Below are positions 1-13,962 of a DNA stretch of 64,000 bases, in pieces. The first letter of the stretch is position 1; every line of letters starts with the position of its first letter. This stretch comes from Auanema rhodensis (lineage: Eukaryota > Animalia > Nematoda), in assembly GCA_964057225.1 (NCBI GenBank), contig OZ059895.1, forward strand, positions 18,042,001 through 18,106,000, read 5' to 3'. The notes under the pieces were generated by a model that worked only from the letters and a program-made list of their open reading frames with translations, had not been told where the DNA came from and ran no database searches. The position numbers were made by a program, and so were the translations under genes.

Positions 1-3000
1 TGATAATCAATATTACAAGTTATAAGCGCTGCCTTTAGAGATACAGAACACAAGCAGTACAATATACTATTGACCTGCTAGGAAGAAAAGTTAAGATCAA
101 TGAATTGGATGAGAACAGCTTAGATTATACAAATCGTCGCTAAAAAAATCTTTAAAATACATCTGGACATTAAAAAAACCTGCTATCAGAAAAGACACCC
201 AGACATTCCATGCTCAATCTTGCGATCTTTTAAACATTAAAGGACGATTGATTACGGTCGGAAATTTTTATTACTATTTTTTGTAAACCTTTCTTAACTT
301 TTAAAGAGAAAGATGATTGAATATAAAAAATCAATAGAATACGATAATATATATATATATATCAATGAATGTTTAACAATCACAACAAAGAAAAGCAAAT
401 GAAAGCTCCAACTTTGATAACATAGTATTAGAGAACATAAGCTCAATTTGAATATTATTTTTCGCTCAATTATTGTAATAGAGGCACGCTCATTCGTAAA
501 CAGAGTGCAGCTGTCTAATATCTAACCTGTATAAGACCATAGGAGCCGACTGGATGAGACATCAGGTGTTGTATGCTGCTTCAACACACACAGTTGATTT
601 TCGAAATAAAAAAATAATACTGAATAGGCTCTCTTTTAATTCTTTAAAAAAAAATCTAACTTACATTTAATACAAGCTGTTTTATCTACAAGTTATATAT
701 GGATTTTATCAGCTATTCTGAAAATAAATATTAAAGTTAGCGGAAATTTCAAAGAAATATCAATATGTTGTACAAGAGATCAAAAACAACAAGGTTTTTA
801 TTGTGATGTTCATATTTTCATCTTAATATGAACTAATGAATACCGAGATTCATGAAAGATAACAATGTTATTTACAGTAAGAAGCGTTACATTGGCATTT
901 TAAAAGTTTAAAATGAGCAGCGAAATGGTGAGATCGAAATAAAAAGTTTTTGTCTATAGCTAATTTGTCTAGGAATGCTGGATAAAAAAGTAAAAGTATC
1001 GTTTAATTGGAGACAATGTTGCCTTCAACGAAGATTAAAAAGAAAATGAAAAGTTATATCTTTATAAGGATAGTATTAGTAGCAGAGATGCAGCAGGAAG
1101 TATACAATTTAGCTCATAAGAGGTAGTACAACTTAAAAATTAAAGGACACCTCCTATCTAGATTTAATGTGCAATACAGAAAAATATTTTTTAGTTAAAC
1201 TTTTCACTTAACAAGAATTTTCAATCGATTTTCATCGTTTCAGACAATTTAGAACAATAGAATATTGAGTAGGACATATATTAGTGGGCATCTATCGATA
1301 ATGTTAAATTTTTTTATTGATACACTGTGGTCAGAATACCTGGTCATTTTGAAATTTATGCGAAAAGTTGATTATTCGCAAAACTGGTTTCAAGCATCAT
1401 AATCAGAATTAGGGCAGTATAGGTCTTCGGTAAAGGACAAAATTAATTTTATCAGGTCATAGCTAATGTGAAAAGTCAAAAAATTATCTTAATTTCAGAG
1501 AAGATAGCGTGAAAAGGTTGGAAATGCTTCTGAAAATTCTATAGCTATAGTAATGATTATATGAATGATATAACTAATATGCTGTTTCACATAAACAATA
1601 GAGAATATCTATCTTGAATATACCATTTCTTCTGTGATCCGACGTGATATAGACATAATTAGATACATCGTACGCTATTAATAAAAATTGTATTCAATTA
1701 CTCTCTCTATTCCTTTCCCTTCTCCTCTCTTTCGCTCTTACCTTTGCCTCTTTTTCTATCTGTATCATTATCTCCTTGTTTCTCTCTCTCTCTCTCTCTG
1801 TCTCTTTTATTTCTTCTGTATTTTCCTTCTCTCGATCATCACCTCCTCTTCACACAGATAAAGGTGATAGTGGTGATCGTGTAGGATTACCAAATTCTTG
1901 GGATGATCATCAGGAAAATCTTTTAAGAGGCAGTCCTGCCAGTGTGGAAAGTCAGTTTGAAAAAGAAAACCAACAAGCATATCTAAATGATAGACCAGTT
2001 TTTCTAAAGATTTATGACTTAAGAATACTTTAATGATATAATTATCATTCATTTTGGTTTTTATAAATGAATTAAATAAAACAGTTGAGCATTTTTCAAA
2101 AATAAGATGTTAGAGTATGAGCTTAATGTGGAAATGAATATCCAGCTTAGATATAAGAATACCTAGTTGCGAGTAAAATAATCAAAAAGAGAGTTTGTTA
2201 AACAAAACATAAAAATAAATGAAGAAAGCTAGAAAACTAGAAATAATTGTTACCAGCTTCAGAAGTGGGTTGATTCTCCCGAAAGAAGAATCAGATAAAT
2301 GGAAAGGGTGGAGTTATGTCAAAAAATCAAAGCAAAAGACCTTCTGAATGCATCTTGAACTTCAACAACATGTTGTATATGGCATTTTATATTATTTCTA
2401 GAATTTGTATCTGTCGGCTTCTAAAATGAAGAGAGAGGGGAGAAAGTTTGTTTGATTTTAGTTAGCAAAACGTTCTGTTCTAACTTATCATTGAATCTAT
2501 TCGAACTAAAAAAGAAAATATAGAAAAAAAGAAAAAAAGAGGAAATATTGTTGTCGAATGAAGAGAGACGGAAGAAGAAATTGTGAACGATAGAGGGAAT
2601 ACAGACATTGGTAGAAAGAACAAAAAATAATCCTGATTTCCGATGAAGTTTTTCATAAACTAATAAACTTTTATTGCCAAATCTGTTGAATAAGAAGTTC
2701 AGACATATAAAGCATATGTATTAGTATGTAGTAGTCAGGATAAAGAATGAGTTCGTACAAATATTAATCTGAAAACAAAATTTGAAATTAGAAGTATCTC
2801 TGAAAGTTCTTAGCTATAAGTGTTTCAGAAAGTACCACAAGGTAGAACATGATGACTTAATCCTTGTTCTAAACGAATTTATTCATCTTTAAATAATTTT
2901 GAAAAATGTCGTTCAGATGTTATTATACTCTTATCATATCAAATTAAGTCTGTAGTAGTCATATACCTCTGTTGGCCTTTCCTGTCTTTACAGAGTTGTT

Positions 3001-3396
3001 CATATCGTAGCATACTCTAATTCTCACTTACTATTTACTATTAATTAATTAAATTATTATTATAATAGTTATTTTATATTTTGAATTGTTCATGTTTAAG
3101 GTATTTATGCCTCATCATATATTTTCGTTTTAAATTTTATAAAACGTCCAAAATTGATCATTTTTCTAAAAATGAATATGATCAGATACAAATAAAGCTC
3201 ATATTTTTCATATAAAAAAATGTACAGATTTTGAATTAACAAATCAATTCCCATTTTTCCTTATCAGCTATTAAATCGTAATAATTATAAACGGCTACTG
3301 GCTATCATCATCAAGTGCTCTTTTCATTTTTCTAATAGACCACAGACCTGTGTATACCTGTTTTGAAATATTTATTTTTGTATATATCACTCTCTC

Positions 3397-3397
3397 T

Positions 3398-3459
<62 letters not shown>

Positions 3460-3470
3460 ATATATATATA
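3397..3470. repeat. (CT)n microsatellite followed by short (TA)n
   Basis: Direct inspection: long CT run to about 3457, then TA repeats. Confidence 0.95.
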
Positions 3471-6400
3471 AAGTATCCCTTTTCTATGTTTCTAAAGTAA
3501 ATCTACTTTTCGTCGTCGATTCTACTTTCAAACGTGCTCTGAACTAAAGAAAACTCAAATAATCCAAAATTTTTCGTTCAATCTATTATTTTATTTTGCC
3601 AACTATAATACGATATCTTCTACTTGAACATGCACGTAGCTCCGTTCCCTAGCCTGTACACATGGACATCAAATTAAATCATAATATAGCCAATAGATTT
3701 TGAACTTCAATCAAAAGAACTACAATTTTCAAAATATTGATTATATATGACGTGTTTTTTTTGTTTCTTTGATATACTGATTTATCTTGTTGACATAATT
3801 AATTAATTTTGATAATTTTTACAAATTTTGCTTGCCATGTCCTCACGTAATCATATGATTCGTAATGTCACTCCTAATGATAACATGTATATTTAGATTT
3901 GTTATCTTAAACTCATCATGTGTATTCTTACCGATATTAAGCTTTAGTAATTACTACTGAAGTAAAAAGAATTAGAACTTTCATTGAAATTTGTGTTGTT
4001 CTTCCGGTTGACGCATGATAACAGACTTGCCCTTTTGATTGATGTACCTTCCATACATACCTCACTATGTGTTCAAGCAAGCACTCTTATTACTTAAAAA
4101 AAATTTCGTTTGAAAAAGTGGTGCAATTGAATTGATGTGATTTCTCTAAATTCTAGCATAGGTTTGATCGCCTTGAACAGAAGCTCAGTCTCATTGCTGG
4201 CGATCAATTGGTGTTAAACGTGGGGGCCATCTTACACAGCTAAAACTTATTTTATTTTTTTGGGAAAACTTCGTAGTTTTCCATACCAAAACAGTTTTTT
4301 CTTTTTGAAATGATTTTATGAAACATTTTTTTTTAAATTAAAAATCCATTCAGGAAATAGGACTATGTTACTCGTGATTAAAAAAAAAAGAAACTGTAAC
4401 TAGTTCGAATGAAATTTAAAAAAGGAAAAAAATCGGTTTAGCACCCTAGCAAAAGATTTTAGAGTTTGTGATGAGCTACGTGAATGAGTTTTGTAGTGTT
4501 ATATTGGTATTTCATGGTTTATCTCTTTATAATTCCTTTTCAAATGATAAATATTTTCTCACTCTCTTCTCACTTCATTATATTTCTTCCTATCCATTAC
4601 GATTTCTCTTTCTCCCTCATGCTATTTCACTTTCACTCTCCATCGTACTTCTACCTTCTCTCATTTCACATATTGCTTAGCAAAGATTTGAGCTTCTTTT
4701 TAATACATGAGCATTAACCCTTGTAATATCTTATCTTAAACTGTTTAAGACGATTTTAAAATTACATATCAATTTCATAGAATATATGCATTAATGTATA
4801 TATACATTTTGGTTTATAAACGGATTAAACGTTTATGCTGGCTCGCTTCATCGTCAGAGAGGTGAATCGAAAGACGAATACATCAGTAGAACTAGCAGAG
4901 AACCGCTTCTGTGATTCAAAATCCAGATCCGATAAGTATCAAACGCAAACAGCAAAGTAAAAGATGGATCAAATGAAAGCAGGAGATTCAGCCGGCTAAG
5001 GATGTGACTGTGGGAGTGACAGCGACTGAGACATGGCTGAGTGCTAGTCTGTCAACCCAATAAGTCTTTCTCGACTTCCCAGTCAAGACTCTAATCAGTA
5101 TTTTGCATATTTCACAAAATATACTTCTTCGTTTGCTATGATTTTATTTTTTCGTCCTCATGCATATCCTTCTTAATGCTATTTTCGGAACAAGATGCAT
5201 ATTCATAATCTTCCTCGTGGACTCATCGACACATTCTTAACGCCATCTGATTCTTATCCTCTTCTCGCCTTTACAACATTAGAAAACAAAAAAAAACGAA
5301 ATTTCCCTTTTCACCTCTCATGGTTTTGCTTTCACGACTTGCCGAACGGTTTTGGAAAAAACAGTTTTAATGCTTTTAATATCTTACACGGAATGATGTA
5401 ATCTTCTATGTGTTGATGATAAGATGCATAATATCAAAGATATATTTCTTATTGTCGTTCAAACACTGAACTTTCACTCATTACCAACCCTTCCCTCCTT
5501 CCTTTTCTTTCCAGCTCTCACCTTCTCACTTTCTATCTCACTTACCATTCTTACTTCTTTTCTTTTTTTTAATTGAAACCCTTCTGACGATATTGTACAT
5601 TGTTCCACAAAAACTCTTTCTTCATCAGTTTTTTATGAATATTACATTTTATTGTATTAAGATGTCAAAAAGTCGACCTAATACGAATAACACCCGATAA
5701 GTAATTGGCAAAATCAAAATGCAAACGCTCGCTTTGATATGAACTTGATGTAGTCAATGAATCCTTATATAATCACTTTATTAAATAACACACAATACCT
5801 ATATTGTCGTTTATTTTTCAAGTTTCAAGCTATTTGATCTTAGTTCATATAGTTTTAAAGCTATATGAGCCATTTCTGTATTCTATAGAAAACGCCTGTT
5901 GAGCAATCTGTGTTGTTTGTAATTATCTGTGAAAGTAAGGAATGTGCTTGGCATAACAAAGTATCGAGAAAATCATAAAAATGCTTTTCTGACTCATTTC
6001 TTTCTTTCGTATTTATTCAAAAATTTATTTTTTTCCACAAAAGAACACGTTTATTTCTATATTGTCTTTGCTTCTTCGCCCTGTTTTAATTCTTTCTTTT
6101 TTTTGTTCAATTTTCGAAGCAAATGGTGTGTTTTGCTTGTTTTTGATGTTTTTATCTACCTGTAACCTCAACATAGCTTAAGTTCCCCAAACAAAAATAT
6201 GGATGTGAACTGAATATGCTATAATGATACAATTCTTCTGTCTATGAAATTCAAAAAGGGCGAAGTAAGATAATTAATAACTAAGAGAAATTACATAAAG
6301 AACCAGGTTCACAGGAAAAGAGGGTTGGAGAGTGAAGAAAACGTAATTTCTGAAAGTTTTGGTTAACACTACTCAAGGCTTGGAACTGAACCCGTTAACA

Positions 6401-8215
6401 GTTCTTTGTTATCTTATCAACTTGAGCGTGTAGACCACAGAAGGCAGGCCATATCAAGTTATCCGGGCACTTCTTAACTCAGTTGTTCACATTTCCAGGA
6501 ATGATTGGAATTGTATGTTTTGTGATTGTTCAGTTTATGTCTAAAAAGTTCTTTACAATCATACTCTGAATAAATCGCTCCAATACACAATAATCGAATG
6601 GAGGTATGAGAAGATACTGTATAAAGAGAACTAACGATCATGAAAATCTATCGTCGGAGGGTCGGGTCAGTAATGCTGTCGCTTCACTAAACGACGATCA
6701 TCATACGTCGTTCTTCTCCAACATTTTTTTCAATTGTAACAAACGATCTGCCTGAACTTGAAAATGACGTTTGAATAGTAATCACGCTCAACTTGACCGC
6801 TACTTCTGTATAAAATCAGACTTTTATCGAATTTCTCCCCTTTATATATCACTATGACTTAATATTATTGCAAATTGCAATCAGAATTCTGTAGAGGAAT
6901 AGTATTCATTCACTTTATCTCTTACCCGTTCTTTCATTCACTCAACTTCTAAAAAATTTAATATAAAGCAGTAATGATTCAATTAGTAAGCAACGTCATA
7001 ACATTCTACATTGTAACTGTAATGAAATGGTATATTTGTTCTTTTCAAATGTTGCTTTTGCTGTACTATTCTCTTATTACTTAGTAGTTCGTACTGAAGC
7101 AAGATTATGATTTTTCTTCTTACCAAGTATTTATAAACTTGAGTTTTGAACTCAAACTCTGAACAACATGATTTTTAAAGAGTGATCTCATACCATATTT
7201 GTCTCTTTCGCCTTCTTTTGAGAAACAAGAGATACTCGTTGTTTCGTTCATCAGATAACCTTTTCTCTCTCTCTCTCTCTCTATTCCCCTGTCTTGAATA
7301 ACGTCGTTCTAACGTTCTGCACGACGATGATGATCAGCATCACCCACGACGACGACTACGATGTCGACGACGACACCGGAGTTGACATCCATGTGGCCGC
7401 ATACTATGACAATGTTAACGTTTTCTTTCACATACTTGGTTGCCCTTACGATCAAAACAACGTTTATTGAACCAGGACTCATGAATACTGCACAAAGACT
7501 CTCATGTGGCGAAAAAAAGAAAAAGGAAAGTAAGATGCTTAATCTTCAAAACCACTATAATCCGTGTTCCGTATCTATGAAATAGTTTGGAGTTTGTTGT
7601 TACAAACTAAATAAATTCTATTCGTTAAATCGTATATAGCTGTATTGAACAAATTCTTAGCATCTAATACGTTTAAAATATCATCACATGTACAAATGGT
7701 CATAATGTTTCTTCGACGAAAACGGGAGAGACCGAAAAGCGAATGAGACAGAGGTATTGAGAAAGTCAGTTAAAGGGGAAGGTAAAGAGAAAGACGAAAG
7801 GTTTTAAATCAGTGAGGAGAAAGAGATAAAGAGAGAAGGTTAGAGAAAAAGTTCAATACAAGGGAATAGAGAATGGGCCCGTAGATGAGAAGTCAATCGA
7901 GATGAAACAGAAGAGATGGATGGTCCTTCCTCCCATATTTGTCTTCATTCAACACTGAGCACAAACATTCAAATGAAGACGAAATATCACCAATTCTATT
8001 TTAGAAAGCATAAGTTAAAAGTTCTTTCTATGTTATAGTTTATGCTTTGTTGTCTTGTCTCAAAGTTCTTCAAAAAAATCATCACAAATTGCCGTATTAA
8101 CGTGAGAAAAGGGCGGAGCAGTTTCTTTTTATAGAGGGGAGGTGTTGTAGAAACGTGTGTAGTTATGGTTGTATGTTGTATGTTAATTTGTACGTGAGTT
8201 AGGTTCTATCTATTT

Positions 8216-8247
<32 letters not shown>

Positions 8248-8992
8248 AGTGCGTGTGTATGTATTTCTCTCTATATTACTCTTTTGGTGTGTTGTGCTAT
8301 GATAAGATCCATTGCGATGCACAGACATACACACTAACACTCACTTCTATACATCTCTATATATACAATCAAATATCGATAGTATTCTGTTGTTTTGTGT
8401 GTTTTCTTCAGCTTTTAACAATTATTTTCATCCATATTTTGTCTATTTTTATCCTGCGATTCATGTGTCCATTCATTCGTCATCAATTTTATCCTCTTCT
8501 GATTTATAGTTCGCACCTTCATACCTTCATCAATCATCATTCTAAATCCTCTTGTTAACTTTAAATGTTGTCATAAAACATGTAAAATGACTGGCATCGT
8601 TCACAAAAAAACCAGAGGGAGGTGCTTCTCTGTAGGCGCATAAAAAGACCAAAATTTTTATATTTTTCTTTAAAAAACTTTTTCTTATCCATGTCGCTGA
8701 GCTGCAAAGTGCTCATCTGATATCACGAATCATCATCTAACTTTCCAGTTCTTGTTCGTCCATCAAGACCGGAAGTTTGCAAAGACAAATTCATTTAATA
8801 AAGCTAGTTTCTCTTTCTCACAAGTATGTGCGTATAAAAATTTTATTTGTTCATTATTTATATATTTATATATACGTGTGTCTTCCTGATTTCATGTTCA
8901 TTTTTATCCAATTTTTAATGTCTTCACTGAAAATATAAACGCTTTTTCCTAAAATTTAATGATTTATTAAGGACAGAACAGTGTGATTTACC

Positions 8993-11900
8993 ATGAATTC
9001 AGCTGCGCTTCAAATCATTCTGGCAGTAGCCATGTTTCTAACTACTGCTATTGCAGGTTTTATCCCAATCAAGGTAAAAACAATAATTACATAATCTTTA
9101 ACAAATCAAAAAACTTTTTTTTTCATTCTTCAGTTATTGCGTGTCCTGGAAAAAAAGGATAATAAGGGTAAAAGTGCTAAATGGCTATCAATGTTATCAT
9201 GCTTTTCTGGTGGTGTATTCATGGGCACCTGTTTTTTAGATATAATACCACATATCAAGTTAGTTAAATTCTTCTTCAATTCGTTTTTTAAAAATATATT
9301 TAATGCTTTTGTTTTTTTAATTCTTATTTTTCAAAATTGATTTGATATAATTAGATTACGTATTTTACAGTGAAAATTATGAACGATTTCTTCATGATTC
9401 TGGTGCCCATATTGAATTTCCTCTGCCGCAATTCTTTACCTGTTTCGGATTTTTTCTCGTATACTTAATTGAAGAAATATGTATCAAGGTAAATACCTGT
9501 TTTCTATGTCTCTTTCTTTTTTAATCATTATTTTGTTGGTTTACTTTCAAACTTTTTTAAAGGTTTTTGCAATGCCACATGGCGGACATGATCATGAGCA
9601 TGGTCACTCTCATTCTCATTCTCACAAAGAGCGCAAAGATAGTTTAAATCTCAGAAAGTAAGTTTTACAGGGAATTGGGGCTTACTATTTATGTAATTGA
9701 TCAGAAAAACCATCTATAGCACATATCCTTGCACAATTTTGCATGTGTTTTAATGTCAGTTCAAGAAGTTATGCTTATAATCTGAACTAGCTTTCTCCTA
9801 CTTGATTGCTTCCAATCACTTTTCACATCCCATAGCACCATTCACTATGTCCCATTCCTTCACCTTCAACTCCTATTCGGAGCAGTTTGCATGATGCATG
9901 GCTTTCAGCATTGACACACTTCTTGAAAACAAAAACCGGCAAGAAAAATCCGACAGAGCTACATCACTCTCGTTGCACGAGTAAGTTTCATATTTTAAGG
10001 CAAATTTTTAACGTTTATCTTTAATTTTAATTTTCTTTCTCTTTTTTTGGTTATATGCATGTTGTTTTGGTCATGTTCGCGCCAGATAACTAACCGGTTC
10101 TATTTCAATTCACATGTTGACAAGTGCTTATTAATATTATGATTATCTACATTATGAACTTAGAAAACGAAAACGATTTTGGTGACATAATTCAAGAATT
10201 TAATTATTAACTCAACAACCATGATATCATAGTATAAAACAGTATATCTGATAAGTAAATTCTTGATTTATGTATGTATATCTCTTTGTATTTATACAAA
10301 CGTATAGTAAACCTGCATGCATATGATTAACAGATCAAGAACAGCTTAGAGGACTGGTGGTAGTTTTTGTTTTCCGCACCATCACAGTAATTCGAAATAA
10401 TATATAGTGCAAAGGGAATATTTAGTTTTTAGAGAAACTAACTAAAATAAACAAAATTAACTAGTTGAATGAATCATAAAACCGTAGCTGGATAATAAAC
10501 GAAAGTTCAATAAGTTTTTAAGTAATCTCTCCTGTAAACAGGCAGATAGATGATCATAGCTAATGGTGACATAAGTATGATGAGATGAAAATGCTCTTCG
10601 CACGAGTACCAAGCTACTAATAAAGAACTACGCTATCTGCTTTAAGTTGCTATGCTGCTTTCGCTCACGTTGCAATGTGTGCTAAGAAAGCGATTACCTT
10701 TGATATCAAAAACGTGATTCAATAAACAGCGAATCTGAAAAAAAAACTTAGCACATCTCAAAATACTGCTAACGTCACATCAAAAACTTGGGTTAATATT
10801 TTGACATTTAGTATGGTAATGGAAGAAACAGCTAATTATGCTGTTGCTGAAAAATCTGAAGGCTCACTCTTGAAATCGTTGACATTTGCTGTTGCGATGT
10901 CATTCCATTCTATCTTAGAAGGATTTGCCTTAGGAGTCCAGGTATTAATGAATTAGTGTTAAGTAAATTGGAAGAAGTTCTTGTTTCTAAGGATACACCT
11001 GCACGTATTGTTACTTTATTTATCTCACTTTTCCTGCATAAGGGTATTGAAGCTTTTTCTGTCGGACTTCAAATTTCTAAGGGCAATAATGACAAGGTTC
11101 ATACTCATATAACGCTATGTTCATTTAATATATACGCATGGTTTTAGATCAAAACTGTCATACTGACTATCCTTATTTATGCTTTAATGACACCAATTGG
11201 TTCTGGATTAGGAACTTTACTACAGGTTATATTTTAAATTAACTATATATGGCAGAAAAGTTTGAATATATAAATAGAAAAGAAAACGTTCTCTAAAACC
11301 AACCGTTTCCGCCCTCTACCAGATTTAAAATAAATCCGCTAATAAGTTCACGTGACCGTATTTATACACGTGAAATATTCAACTGAAAGCACAAGGGCAT
11401 TTATTTTCGTAATAATATCATAAATATTGATTCAATTAATCGGTTTAAGGAAAAAACAAATACATTACGTATTTTAGATGTCAAATATTAATCCTATTCA
11501 CAAAGACGGAGCTGTACTTATTTTGGAGGCTTTGGCATCCGGAACATTCATTTATGTAACATTTTTGGAGGTGAAATGAATGAAAAATATCACAATAATC
11601 ATAAAATTCAAATTTATATTTAGGTGCTCGCACACGAGAAAGATAATGAGTTCAATAGTCTCACTCAGCTTTTAGCTATTTTCATAGGCTTCACAGTTAT
11701 TGCTGTTCTACAATTCGCTTTCGGGTAAGAAAAATACAGCAATTTTTACAATTGAAATTTTAAAATAAAGTTATCAATAACTTGTTTTCAGCAGCGTTTA
11801 AAAATAGATTTTGCTCTACCTAACTTAACCTTTACCCTCATACAAATACGATATTACCTCTGTAGGTTACCTTTGTCAGAGCCTATTATGTCAATCTTCT

Positions 11901-12230
11901 GTCCTATGTTCACAAAAATATGTATTTGTCGTGTCTATCATGTTTTCATCAGTTTCATTGTTACACTGAATTCAGAAAAATTCAATAGATGTTTGCAATC
12001 TGAAAAGTTTAAAATGTTAATACATATCAAAGTTCTTAAACTTTTCTTCAATTAGCATGACTGATATATATATATTTTTTTTTATTCAATTTCAAATTTT
12101 CTGTTTTTTTTTATTTCAAAATGTGAATGTTCCTACTTTTTTTTTCAGAGGTCACGGACACGGAGAATCCCATCATGTCCATGAGACTGTGAACCAAGCC
12201 ATGACTACCATTTTCCCAAAAACATTCTGA
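8993..12230 (+). CDS. zipt-2: ZIP (SLC39) family zinc transporter, zipt-2-like, multi-exon
   Basis: Spliced translation MNSAALQIILAVAMFLTT...LSCFSGGVFMGTCFLDIIPH...His-rich loop HGGHDHEHGHSHSHSH...TM4 AMSFHSILEGFALGVQ, TM5 LFLHKGIEAFSVG, ASGTFIYVTFLEVL; ends GHGHGESHHVHE...KTF*. GT-AG introns keep the frame. Exact paralog not determinable. Confidence 0.93.
9740..10319 (+). promoter_or_regulatory. Cluster of RBFOX-type UGCAUG splicing elements around a 72-nt exon
   Basis: TGCATG at 9740, 9888, 9895, 10056 and 10314; ACTAAC at 10089; exon 9909-9980 is phase 2/2. Confidence 0.6.
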
Positions 12231-12699
12231 ACAATATTCCAGTAGCTTTAGGAATATAATTTTCCTTTTTTTCGATTGAATCTAGTCGGATAATGCTATA
12301 AATTGTATCTTAATAATTGTGATATTAAGATATATGACATTCCCACATATAAGCCCTCGAAGCCAGTTTTAAGAGCTTTTCAATTTAGATTGTAAATTTA
12401 TTTCTAGAATCCATTACGGTGTACTTGTTTTCTTGAACCGTGTTTTTGAAACTTTTTCTCTCTAACGATCATTATGTGGTAATATTGTTCCAGTGGCCGG
12501 GTACTTTTAATGTTTAGCAGCCGATGTTAAAGAACGTATTAGCTTTACCGTTATTTTCACAACTGTCCATTCCTGACATGAGTGAACTTTTATTTCATGT
12601 TATTGTTATGACAAGATTGTATATATAAAGAACTTATTATAAACCAGATATATTTTATTTTATACTACATTGAACATACTTAACTAAACTGATCTCTAT

Positions 12700-13428
12700 C
12701 TAAACCGATGTCTGCTTCGCTTGAGGGATTGTGGTTTGAATAGCAGCAATCTGATCATCCCAGTCCTTCTCAATCTTAGACCAGTGAGAAAGAAGTTCCT
12801 ACAAAAAAAAAACAATGCAACTCAATAAAAATGAACTCAAACCTTCTTTCTTTGTTCTCTCTTATTGAAATAGTAAGGGAATTGCTCACGCTCAGGTAGA
12901 GTCCACTGGTCTGAGTCAAGAATCTAAACAACAAACAAAGTAAAATTAATGAAACCAGTAAAAAAATACATACCACATCCGGAGATTCACGCTCACGATC
13001 GTAACTACTTCCTCCAGAGTCAAGAGCAACTAAAGAACAAAAATTAAGAAAAATATGTCGCGGAGTTACAATAGACGACAAAACTTACATCTGAATGGTT
13101 TGAAATGTCTATGCTCCCAGAGTTGTTTGCAACCATCAGCAAGAATAAGTTGGCTCTTTCTAGTGTCAATCTCGTCCTTGTTGGCATCAAAACGAGCACG
13201 GAGAATAACTTTTTGGTAACGTACTTCAAGACTATAACGAAGATTATCACAAACACCAATTAATAGTTCAAACATACTTATTTCCCCCATACCAATTGTC
13301 TACTTCACGAAGAGCACGTTTGTACAAACGACAAACCTAAATAATAGTATAAACAATATTGAAAATTATATTCAAACCTTCTGCCTGTGGTTCAAGGCTT
13401 TGGTGAACATCCATGCCGGCGCCTCCAT
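12700..13428 (-). CDS. NDUFB9: NADH:ubiquinone oxidoreductase subunit B9 (LYR family)
   Basis: MEAPAWMFTKALNHRQKVCRLYKRALREVDNWYGGNNLEVRYQKVILRARFDANKDE...HFKPFR...GGSSYDRE...WTLPEREQFPYYFNKREQRKKE; LYK motif and B22-type C-terminus; six exons. Confidence 0.93.
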
Positions 13429-13962
13429 CTCCACAGGAAAATTACCTACTATAAATAAATTCAATATTACATTTGAAAGCTAATATTATTCATAGGTTCA
13501 ACTATGAATGCCAACGAAGATCAATAAAAGATGGTAATATTTTGAGGAAGGAGAAATTTAGTTTGTTTTTTATTAACTATTAACAATTAAGTTAATAGTA
13601 GTTCAAACATTTCTATAAATTTAAATAAATTTAACCATATATAATTAAGCAAAATTCGAAAACAAACAAATTAAAATAAGATAAATAAGTGAATCTTAAT
13701 TTAATGCGCAAATTTCCAACGTAATTTTACTCCTACAATTTTTCTTTTTTACACTTTGTAAACAGCAGACAGCACTTGTAACAGTCTTGTCTTCATGATA
13801 GGAGCATTGAGAGCATTTGTTATTGTTTCGATATTATAACGATATAGCACGATTGTATTATTTCATCTTTTATTCATAAAAATAAGAAAATACAAAATGA
13901 GTTAAAAAGAAAAATAAGATTAATCATAAATAGATAGATAATGTAGAAATTTCGAAATCAAG

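Noticed and set aside
496-513. 17/18 match to 28954-28971 (GTAAAnAGAGTGCAGCTG)
   Set aside because: About one such match is expected by chance in 64 kb; no flanking similarity.
482-579. Two hairpins with AGACCA and ACA, H/ACA snoRNA-like
   Set aside because: The H box is not adjacent to the first hairpin, the pockets are one-sided and the length is short.
1582-1589. CTGTTTCA piRNA (Ruby) core, also at 47357 and 55654
   Set aside because: Few, scattered copies without a properly spaced YRNT; not a 21U cluster.
6661-6800. CAACTTGACCG resembling an sbRNA/Y RNA 3' motif
   Set aside because: No matching 5' stem, no TTATC loop and no poly-T terminator.
7320-7585. GAC/GAT-rich stretch and 74-aa ORF
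   Set aside because: Degenerate triplet repeat; no splice context or recognisable product.
9836-9908. Possible 5' extension of the ZIP loop exon
   Set aside because: Two frames hit stops and the third is phase-incompatible with the next exon.
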